Below, in pieces: positions 24,662 to 31,780 of a DNA stretch of 32,000 nucleotides (position 1 is the stretch's first letter; every line of letters begins with the position of its first letter). Made by a program: the position numbers and the translations under genes. The notes beneath the pieces are model-generated. The model saw nothing but the letters and a program-made list of their open reading frames with translations, was not told where the DNA came from and did not search any database. The stretch is from Acaryochloris thomasi RCC1774 (lineage in GTDB: Bacteria; Cyanobacteriota; Cyanobacteriia; Thermosynechococcales; Thermosynechococcaceae), in NCBI RefSeq assembly GCF_003231495.1, contig NZ_PQWO01000001.1, forward strand, positions 270,001 to 302,000. The letters are read 5' to 3'.

Positions 24662-25101
24662 GGGTGCTGCTGGACACAAACATCATTCTTGACTTCTTTC
24701 TAGAGCGAGAGCCATTTTTTCAGAGTGCGTCAAAGCTGTTTGATGCGATCGCAGATACAAAAGTAGAAGGCTTTGTTACAGCATCCAGTATCACTGACAT
24801 CTTCTACATTTGCAGACGTCAATCTCAGAGTCGTGAAGAAGCAAGGCAAATCTTGATCACAACCCTTGCCCTTCTGAGCATTTGTCCTGTCGATGGCTTC
24901 ATACTCGAAACAGCCCTCAAATCTGGCTTGGCTGACTTTGAGGATGCCGTACAAATCGCCTGCGCTGAAACACAGAATTTAGAGGCGATCATTACCCGCA
25001 ATCCCCAAGACTTCAAAACAGCTCACATCCCTGTGCTATCTGCCGATCAGATAGTAAAACAGCTAGAGAGTAGACTTCAATCGTTTGGTGAACAAGAGTA
25101 A
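24658..25101 (+). CDS. vapC: PIN-domain toxin (VapC family ribonuclease)
   Basis: 147 aa. The PIN acidic residues sit in context: VLLDTNIILDF, LERE, SITDIFY, DFEDAVQ. Confidence 0.8.
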   Translation: MRVLLDTNIILDFFLEREPFFQSASKLFDAIADTKVEGFVTASSITDIFYICRRQSQSREEARQILITTLALLSICPVDGFILETALKSGLADFEDAVQIACAETQNLEAIITRNPQDFKTAHIPVLSADQIVKQLESRLQSFGEQE

Positions 25102-25421
25102 ACTCATCTTCAAGTACCTCATACTCCGACTTTAAGTCTGGGTTGGCAAGAATCTGTTACGTATGGGTTTGCGATGGCCGAAGGCCGGTCGGAGACCATC
25201 GCACAAATAAAAACAACAGACATGCAAGTTGCCACGGTCGCCACCGGTTGCGACCAGAGCCGGATGCCAAGCCTATGAGAAAGCTGACTTTTCGGTATAA
25301 ATTCCTCGCGTGTAACTGTGCCAAACGCTTTAGAGAGAATCATTGGACTCTAAAATTTAAACTTCTCAGCAACATCTATTTTTGCGTTCAGCATCCCATT
25401 ATCTGATCCTCAAAGAGCACT

Positions 25422-25429
25422 TGTATAAT
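25422..25429 (+). promoter_or_regulatory. Candidate extended -10 promoter element (TGTATAAT) for the VOC gene
   Basis: An exact TGnTATAAT-type match about 130 nt upstream of the ATG at 25560. No convincing -35 element. Motif evidence only. Confidence 0.3.
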
Positions 25430-25559
25430 GGGCCACTGAGTTTGAACAATCTATTCAATGCAGCACAACATCTCGTCATGCTCGATGAGAGAAATATTGA
25501 ATGGGCATACGGAAGAAGCCAAGCTGCCGGACAGCCGATATCACCAACAAAACTGAACT

Positions 25560-26630
25560 ATGAGACCCAAATCGTTTCCTTTGATAGTCCTGCTCAGCCT
25601 GCTGGGAACGATCGCAACTGGCCTTCCAGCAACTTCTCAAATCCCAAAACCTCCAGCTCGACCCAAAGTTGTTCAGGTCGCTCAGAAGATATCTCAAGCC
25701 GTTGATGTTACATCCATTGGTATGACGGTTTCGGATATGGATCAGTCCATTGCGTTCTATCGAGATGTTTTGTCTTTCAAGTCCATCTCTGATGTTGAGG
25801 TCTTTGGCACCGAATACGAGAGACTTCAAGGTGTATTTGGCCTGCGGATGCGGGTGGTCAAAATGCAGCTTGGGCAAGAAACGATTGAACTGACGGAATA
25901 TCTGACGCCTAAGGGTAAACCAATCCCGGTTGATTCTCGCAGCAATGATTTATGGTTCCAGCATATTGCGATCGTGGTGCGCGATATGGATAAGGCCTAT
26001 CAGCACCTGCGCCAATACAAAGTGCAGCATGTTTCGACAGAGCCTCAGAAGCTACCCGAAACGATTCCGGCAGCAGCGGGGATTGAGGCATTTTATTTTC
26101 AAGATCCTGACGGTCACAATTTAGAGGTGATTTTCTTCCCAGTGGATAAAGGCGATCCGCGCTGGCAGAAGCCGACGGATGAGCTGTTTTTAGGAATTGA
26201 CCACACTGCGATCGCAACTTCCAGTACCCCTGCCAGCCTCAAGTTTTACCAAGATCTGCTGGGTCTTGAGCTAGCCGGTCAAAGCGAGAACTTCGGCACC
26301 GAGCAAGAGCACCTGAATAACGTGTTTGGAGCCAGACTTTTAATTAGCGGCTTAAAAGCCTCTAGCGGACCCGGCATCGAGTTTCTCAATTATTTAGCGC
26401 CCACCGGAGGCCGCCCCAAACCCCAGGATTCTCGCGCAAACGATCTCTTGCATTGGCAAACCACTCTTGAAGTGAATAATGTTGATGCTGTTGCCAACCA
26501 GCTTCGTACTGGGGGTGCCACCTTTGTGTCTCCAGGGGTCGTTGAATTACCCAATCGCTCCTTGGGCTTTAGTAAGGGATTTCTAGTTCAGGATCCAGAT
26601 GGGCATGTGTTACGCATTGTTCAACCTTAG
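25560..26630 (+). CDS. Secreted tandem VOC-domain protein (glyoxalase/bleomycin-resistance/extradiol dioxygenase superfamily)
   Basis: 356 aa with a signal-peptide-like N-terminus (MRPKSFPLIVLLSLLGTIATGLPA). It has two repeats of the VOC pattern (SIGMTVSDMDQSIAFYRDVLSF, FQHIAIVVRDMD, IDHTAIATSSTPASLKFYQDLLGLE, DPDGH twice). Confidence 0.75.
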   Translation: MRPKSFPLIVLLSLLGTIATGLPATSQIPKPPARPKVVQVAQKISQAVDVTSIGMTVSDMDQSIAFYRDVLSFKSISDVEVFGTEYERLQGVFGLRMRVVKMQLGQETIELTEYLTPKGKPIPVDSRSNDLWFQHIAIVVRDMDKAYQHLRQYKVQHVSTEPQKLPETIPAAAGIEAFYFQDPDGHNLEVIFFPVDKGDPRWQKPTDELFLGIDHTAIATSSTPASLKFYQDLLGLELAGQSENFGTEQEHLNNVFGARLLISGLKASSGPGIEFLNYLAPTGGRPKPQDSRANDLLHWQTTLEVNNVDAVANQLRTGGATFVSPGVVELPNRSLGFSKGFLVQDPDGHVLRIVQP

Positions 26631-26715
26631 CTATATCTTTTTCGTCTGGGAGGGGTGAGATGCGATCGCAAATCCTAGCAACCCTCCTCTAAATAATCAA
26701 GGAGCACAGTGAATT

Positions 26716-28077
26716 ATGACAGCAGCACCCTCCTCGTCCTCCTACTCCACCAAAGTCCCCACAATCAAGGGACTCTCTGCCATCCGACAACTCCTAAAGT
26801 TTTCCCGAGAACCCATCAAATTCTCAGAGCAATGTGTTCAAGAATACGGAGACGTCGCCAAGATTAGCATCGGTTCAACTCAAGTTTATTTGTTCCACCA
26901 TCCTGACCTGATTGCCGAAATTCTCAGCAAGCAAAACCAGCACTTTATCAAAGACATTAGCTATCGCTCTCTAGCCGGAATCTTCGGCAACGGCCTACTA
27001 CTCAGCGATGGAGATTTATGGCAGCGGCATCGACGCCTCATGCAGCCCGCTTTTACCCAGGAACGGATTGCGGCCTACGCGGCAACGGCGGTAGAAGACA
27101 CCGCTCAAATGCTTAGCACCTGGAAGGCCGGAGAAGTCCGCGATATCCATCAGGAGATGAGTCAGCTCACCGTCAAGGTGATCACCAGAGCACTGTTCGG
27201 AGTTGATATCACCCAAACAGCCCTAGAGACTGGGGAAGCCCTAGAGGCGATTATGCTCCAGTACTATCACAAAACCCAGACCGGCTTTCTGTTCCCCTCT
27301 TGGATGCCTACGCCCAGCAATCTTCGGGGGAATCAAGCCATCAAGCACCTCAACAAAATCGTAGACAACATCATTGAACAGCGTCGTCATTCTCCCCAAG
27401 ATGACTTACTGTCTAATTTACTCTCAGCCCAAGATGAAGATGGCAGCCAGCTCTCGATCAATGAGCTGCGGGATGAAGTCATGACGCTATTGTTAGCGGG
27501 GCATGAAACCACGGCCAACGCCCTGACTTGGACCTTGATGCTACTGGCCCAAAACCCTGAAGCTGCGACAAATCTAACAAGAGAGACCCAATCAATCTTG
27601 AAGGGAAGAGATCCAGATGTCACCGACCTACCCCAATTGCCTTACACAGAAATGGTTCTCAAAGAATCGATGCGATTATATCCACCAGCCTGGGCATTAA
27701 GTCGAGAAGTCGCGCAAGACTGCCAGATAGGCCCCTATTCACTAAAAAAAGGAACGGCTGTTTACTTTAGCCAGTGGGTCGTCCATCGGGATGCTCGCTT
27801 CTTCAAAAATCCAGAGCAGTTTTTACCCGAACGCTGGCAAGATAACTTGGAGAACAAACTTCCTCGCTGCGCTTATTTTCCATTCGGTGCGGGGCCGAGG
27901 GTTTGCATTGGCAAAGCCTTCTCAATGATGGAAGCAACCTTAAGCTTGGCGATGCTTGCCAAGCAATTTCACTTCACGCTGGTTCCAGATCAGGCCATTG
28001 AGCTACTACCGTCGATTACCTTACGCCCAAAACAAGGCATCAAGATGAGTTTGGAGTCTCCCAACATTCGACATTGA
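26716..28077 (+). CDS. Cytochrome P450 monooxygenase
   Basis: 453 aa with the heme-thiolate loop FPFGAGPRVCIGKAF, I-helix LLAGHETT, and K-helix ESMRLYPP. The N-terminal region GNGLLLSDGDLWQRHRRLMQPAF resembles CYP4/CYP110-type sequences. Confidence 0.9.
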   Translation: MTAAPSSSSYSTKVPTIKGLSAIRQLLKFSREPIKFSEQCVQEYGDVAKISIGSTQVYLFHHPDLIAEILSKQNQHFIKDISYRSLAGIFGNGLLLSDGDLWQRHRRLMQPAFTQERIAAYAATAVEDTAQMLSTWKAGEVRDIHQEMSQLTVKVITRALFGVDITQTALETGEALEAIMLQYYHKTQTGFLFPSWMPTPSNLRGNQAIKHLNKIVDNIIEQRRHSPQDDLLSNLLSAQDEDGSQLSINELRDEVMTLLLAGHETTANALTWTLMLLAQNPEAATNLTRETQSILKGRDPDVTDLPQLPYTEMVLKESMRLYPPAWALSREVAQDCQIGPYSLKKGTAVYFSQWVVHRDARFFKNPEQFLPERWQDNLENKLPRCAYFPFGAGPRVCIGKAFSMMEATLSLAMLAKQFHFTLVPDQAIELLPSITLRPKQGIKMSLESPNIRH

Positions 28078-28220
28078 AGACAGGGCGACCTCTATTCACA
28101 AGAGAGTTTAGACGGCTGACTCAGGCCGAGGGATTCATTCATTGGTTTCACTTATGATTTAATTTTTATAACTTTCCTGCCTAAATCAGGTTTAAGTCAA
28201 CAAAATTACTTATTCTGTTC

Positions 28221-28269
28221 ACAGACAGATCTCTGATTATCCGCGAAATAATTAGAGATCTCTGTCTGT
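28221..28269. repeat. Long imperfect inverted repeat (arms of 19 and 21 bp, 9-nt spacer) in an AT-rich gap
   Basis: ACAGACAGATCTCTGATTA-tccgcgaaa-TAATTAGAGATCTCTGTCTGT. The arms differ by one mismatch and a 2-nt indel. Confidence 0.7.
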
Positions 28270-28564
28270 ACTGCATTTGCACAAATCCATATCTATAGCA
28301 GTGCGCGTATCGATTAGGGCGTCAAAATGGCTGAATACCATATCTGTTAAAGAAGGGTTGTCCTAACTCAGCCGAGTACGGCTATATCAGAATCCGAAGC
28401 AGACATTAGCAAGTACTGATGGTCTAGTTGACGCATAATTCTGTCCCATATCCCACGAATTGCTTATCCGAATTAGACATGCGCTATCGCAGGTTTTAGT
28501 TCTTGATACAGCGTCGTGCTTGATGGCCCTAAATAAGTTTCTTGCCCTCTCAAGGAGGAAAAGC

Positions 28565-29641
28565 GTGAAATTCTATAGGTCAATGTTGGTCATTCTTGTA
28601 GCCATAGCAGCTTGGCTTATTTCAAGCCTAGGGTTATTTGAAGCATCAGCATTAGAGAGCAATCCGCTTGATCCTAACGTTAGTCACGTCCAACAATACG
28701 CAATGAGATTGACGCCATTGCAGACTCGACTTCTAGAGCTTGAGTCGCTAATCAAGGACGAAAACTGGAGCGAGGTGAAATCATTTCTGAGAGGGCCATT
28801 GGGTGATTTTGAGATCCGTTTGAGATTTCTCGAGAAATCTTTATCTTTATCTCAAAAAGGCGAGGCCAGTACAAAAATACAGAATATATCGAAGTATTTA
28901 ACTCAGCTTGATGCATCTGCTGTCGCGGGTAATCAGCGACAGTCGCTGGAAGCAGCCTATGCTTTGACGACTACGTTCGATGAAGTTTTGAGTTTAGCCG
29001 GAGCTAGTCACACAAACCCATCCCAAAGCGTTTATTCACAAAGCTCTCTCACGGGAGAACCTGCTAATGCACTGACTCAAAAAACAAGCAGCATACCAAT
29101 AGAGACATTCCTGACCCCCTCTTCAGAGACTAACAAGCAATCTCCTAAGACGGGAACGATTTTAGAGGCAAGGCCTCCAAACAATAACTTGGAAGCGGAA
29201 CTTAGCTCTTCTCCTTTGGGCAACAAAGCAATAGATGACACACTATCCACAAGCCAAAATACTATGGACACAAACTTATCGCCGGACCTCACATACATCG
29301 CGCTGCTCGTCTTAATTCCCCTGACGATTTACTTGCAAATACGCTACCAGCGTAAACACCAAGCCAATCAGGATAAAGTTTCAGAACTTGAAGGAAAAAT
29401 TGAAGCATTAAATCAGGACAAAGCCAATCTTGGGAGTGCTTTAGAACAAACGCAAGGTCGGCTTGTCACCATGTTCATGGACCTAGAGGAGACAAAGCCT
29501 GTCGCAAAATTACTTCAGCAACGAACGATCACGGTAGAAGAACAGGAAGAACTGATGCAAGAGAATGATTCATTTGTGCAAGCCTTACTGCAACAAGTCC
29601 AAGAGACCGTTTCACCTGAAGAACGTCACGTGGAAGGATAA
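28565..29641 (+). CDS. PsbQ-like (CyanoQ-like) domain protein with a C-terminal S/T/N-rich linker, TM helix and coiled coil
   Basis: The GTG at 28565 is preceded by AGGAGG with a 6-nt spacer. The track's start at 28460 is the alternative. There is an N-terminal hydrophobic signal or anchor (MLVILVAIAAWLISSLGLFEASA). The segment LQTRLLELESLIKDENWSEVKSFLRGPLGDFEIRLRFLEKSL...LTQLDASAVAGN...FDEVLSL follows the PsbQ-family pattern. A TM helix (LTYIALLVLIPLTIYLQIRY) and a heptad region (SELEGKIEALNQDKANLGSALEQ) follow. Confidence 0.5.
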   Translation: MKFYRSMLVILVAIAAWLISSLGLFEASALESNPLDPNVSHVQQYAMRLTPLQTRLLELESLIKDENWSEVKSFLRGPLGDFEIRLRFLEKSLSLSQKGEASTKIQNISKYLTQLDASAVAGNQRQSLEAAYALTTTFDEVLSLAGASHTNPSQSVYSQSSLTGEPANALTQKTSSIPIETFLTPSSETNKQSPKTGTILEARPPNNNLEAELSSSPLGNKAIDDTLSTSQNTMDTNLSPDLTYIALLVLIPLTIYLQIRYQRKHQANQDKVSELEGKIEALNQDKANLGSALEQTQGRLVTMFMDLEETKPVAKLLQQRTITVEEQEELMQENDSFVQALLQQVQETVSPEERHVEG

Positions 29642-29669
29642 TAAATTCTTTGGTCGTAAGTCCACGATA

Positions 29670-30425
29670 TTAGAATGCTGCTTCGAAAGACAACCCAATA
29701 CAAACGCACACACCGTTTTGAACATCTGATTCCACAATAAAATCACCCTGATGGGCTTCGACCAGCTGCTTAACAATCGCCAGCCCCAACCCCGTTCCAC
29801 TCTGCTTTGTTGAGAAAAAGGGGTTGGCTAGCTTCTCAATCTCACTCGGAGGGATCAATGGAGCCGGATTCTGAATTTGAATATACGCCTTCGCATCTGT
29901 CTTAAAGACCGTGCAACAGATACTTTCCCCAGGCTGGGTTGCTTCCACCGCATTACGAACCAAGTTGATGAGCACTTGCTTGAACTTTGCTGGATCAATG
30001 AGAACAGTCAAATTTTCGTCTGCACGGGTAAAGCTGAGCTTTCGAGTCGCAGCCGCTGGTGTCACGTCCCATTCATCCAGAACAGTTTGGACAAAGTCAT
30101 TGAGTTCCAGCAGCTGTCGGTTGAGTGACTGATATTTTGAGTAGTTGAGGATGCTATTAAGTAGCTCTCCAAGGTGATCGACCTCTGAGATCGCTAAATC
30201 CAATCGCTCTTGAGAGCTGGGCTGCAGTTCTAGAGACTGAAAATGGTCTAGCGCCATCATCAGTGTGGTGAGCGGATTGCGCAGCTCATGCACCATCATG
30301 GCTGAGAATGCACCCAGATCGGCCAGTCGCTGATGATGATAGACCTGCTCTGGATCCATCACCTGCTGTCTCGTCGCAAGCTGAGGGGCAATAGAGGGTT
30401 TTATGCTAGACATAATTTCTCTCAC
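29670..30425 (-). CDS. Soluble histidine kinase with no recognisable sensor domain (HisKA plus HATPase_c only)
   Basis: 251 aa with H-box MMVHELRNPLTTL, N-box LINLVRNAVEA and G2 GTGLGLAIVKQLVEAH. Only about 35 aa precede the H-box. The start is GTG at 30425 or ATG at 30413. Confidence 0.85.
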   Translation of the reverse strand: MREIMSSIKPSIAPQLATRQQVMDPEQVYHHQRLADLGAFSAMMVHELRNPLTTLMMALDHFQSLELQPSSQERLDLAISEVDHLGELLNSILNYSKYQSLNRQLLELNDFVQTVLDEWDVTPAAATRKLSFTRADENLTVLIDPAKFKQVLINLVRNAVEATQPGESICCTVFKTDAKAYIQIQNPAPLIPPSEIEKLANPFFSTKQSGTGLGLAIVKQLVEAHQGDFIVESDVQNGVCVCIGLSFEAAF

Positions 30426-30443
30426 TAGGATCCAAATAAATAT

Positions 30444-30587
30444 TCAAGCGGGAGCGAGGAGGCTGAAGTTCATATTGGGAGCTGAAGCAGATGCTTTGGC
30501 TGCAATGGCGGCTGGTTCTGCAGCGGCGGTTGGCCCCGTTGTGATCATCAATAGAGCAGCAATGCCTGGAGAGAAGAAGCGATGCAT
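30444..30587 (-). CDS. Hypothetical 47-aa small ORF with a signal-peptide-like N-terminus (below the ORF-track size cutoff)
   Basis: Manual translation gives MHRFFSPGIAALLMITTGPTAAAEPAAIAAKASASAPNMNFSLLAPA*. It ends 18-30 nt upstream of the kinase start on the same strand. GGAG lies 10 nt upstream of the ATG. The antisense frame also looks coding-like because of GCN periodicity, so this call is weak. Confidence 0.3.
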   Translation of the reverse strand: MHRFFSPGIAALLMITTGPTAAAEPAAIAAKASASAPNMNFSLLAPA

Positions 30588-30690
30588 AGGAAGTCAGCTC
30601 CGTGTGGGTGGGTGGACGAAAAGAAATGCTTGCGTCAATCCTACAAAATTGGCCTTCGCACTCTCTGAAAAATCTGCGAGGAACAGAAAA

Positions 30691-31596
30691 TTAGACCCAT
30701 TGGCTGTGAAGCTGAGGGGGGATCCCTACACTATGGACTGATAATGGCGGGATAGAACACTTGTTGCGATAGGTCTTGGGGGTGGTGCCGGTGAACCGAC
30801 GGAACTGAACGATGAAGTGACTTTGATCATAGAAGCCGCACTCTAAGGTAATGTCGGCAATGGATAGATCCGTTTCAGCTAACAGCTGCTTTGCTAAGTT
30901 GATCCGCTGCGAGAGAATGTATTGATGGGGCGATTGGCCCACGGCATCTTTGAAGACGCGGGAAAAATGAGAGGGGCTCACGCCATAGATATCGGCAAGA
31001 TCGGCAATTTTGAGGTTTTCGTCAATGCATCGATGAATATGGTTGAGAACAGGAGCTAGCTTTGAAATCGCAACCCCTCCCTCAGATCCAATGGGTACAA
31101 TATCAGCCTGGGCATATTTGGCAATCAAGTGAACCGCGAGTAGCTTGACCAGCATCGTGCGATATAGATTAGAGACCGAGCAACGCTCAGTCAGCCAAGG
31201 CCGGAGCATCTGAGCGACAGAGCGGATTGTTTCATCTTCGAGAGCATAGTGACCGGTGAGACTCCAGTGAGGGCTGCGCAGCACCTCATGGGTTGTACGG
31301 ACGATGAACTGAGGGTCTAAAAAAATCTGCATCAGTTCACTCGGTTCAGCAAGCTGAAGGGCATGGGACTGCTGAGCCGGAATGATACATACTTGCTCAG
31401 GACAAAGCATTTCTTGTTGCTGATCTTGGGCCTCCTGCCACGTCAGGTTTGCGACAGTCCTGCCGAAAGGCACTAAGATTTCGACCTGCTCATGACACTC
31501 TTGCGGCCAGTCTGTCGGTGCTGCGGCACAGTAAAAAATACTGTAGCCGTCAAATTCATAGGTCTCTGAAGACTGTGGTGGAGGGGTGTCAGTCAT
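30691..31596 (-). CDS. AraC/XylS-family transcriptional regulator (N-terminal cupin-like ligand domain, C-terminal double HTH)
   Basis: 301 aa with ...IADLADIYGVSPSHFSRVFKDAVGQSPHQYILSQRINLAKQLL...ITLECGFYDQSHFIVQFRRFTGTTPKTYR. Confidence 0.85.
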   Translation of the reverse strand: MTDTPPPQSSETYEFDGYSIFYCAAAPTDWPQECHEQVEILVPFGRTVANLTWQEAQDQQQEMLCPEQVCIIPAQQSHALQLAEPSELMQIFLDPQFIVRTTHEVLRSPHWSLTGHYALEDETIRSVAQMLRPWLTERCSVSNLYRTMLVKLLAVHLIAKYAQADIVPIGSEGGVAISKLAPVLNHIHRCIDENLKIADLADIYGVSPSHFSRVFKDAVGQSPHQYILSQRINLAKQLLAETDLSIADITLECGFYDQSHFIVQFRRFTGTTPKTYRNKCSIPPLSVHSVGIPPQLHSQWV

Positions 31597-31780
31597 GGCT
31601 AGCCAGATGAAGCAATGAACCTATCCTAGAGATATTGCTCTCCGGCCACGACTAGCCAGAAGCCTGACTTTTTACACAGTCACCAGTAGGGAGCTATCTC
31701 TACTGGGTAAGCGGGTGGCATCCATAGCGATGGGTGGGGAGGCACCCTAACCGATCGGCTAGGTTGACAGGCGTTGACTG

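Noticed and set aside
24415-25317. A shared 9-mer GTGTAACTG just upstream (about 24415) and downstream (about 25309) of the TA module, considered as a possible target-site duplication
   Set aside because: A single 9-bp match between two regions of 100-300 bp has a substantial probability of occurring by chance, and no adjacent inverted repeats or integrase support an insertion boundary.
25119-25406. ORFs 25119-25343 (-) and 25143-25406 (+) as genes
   Set aside because: They overlap each other, lack an RBS, have odd compositions and match no motif. The region is reported instead as unassigned structured non-coding DNA.
25476-26217. ORFs 25476-25877 (-), 25382-25705 (+), 25909-26217 (-) and 25930-26124 (+)
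   Set aside because: They are antisense to or overlap the VOC gene, whose two-domain repeat pattern supports the 25560-26630 frame.
26651-26690. GGAGGG...CCCTCC stem enclosing a HIP1 site between the VOC and P450 genes, considered as a terminator
   Set aside because: The loop is about 25 nt and no U-tract follows. This may simply be HIP1-associated symmetry, so it is not called.
30403-30741. 112-aa plus-strand ORF between and overlapping the kinase and AraC genes
   Set aside because: It overlaps the starts or ends of two well-supported minus-strand genes in antisense and has no recognisable domain. Its coding-like periodicity is explained by Ala-codon (GCN) symmetry, and the minus-strand sORF is at least positionally sensible.
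31597-31780. Short repeats (TAGCCAGA twice, and the CCAGTAG/CTACTGG 7-bp hairpin at about 31683-31706) considered as AraC operators or a terminator for the LuxR gene
   Set aside because: The matches are short (7-9 bp) and no U-tract follows the hairpin in either direction. The evidence is too weak to call.
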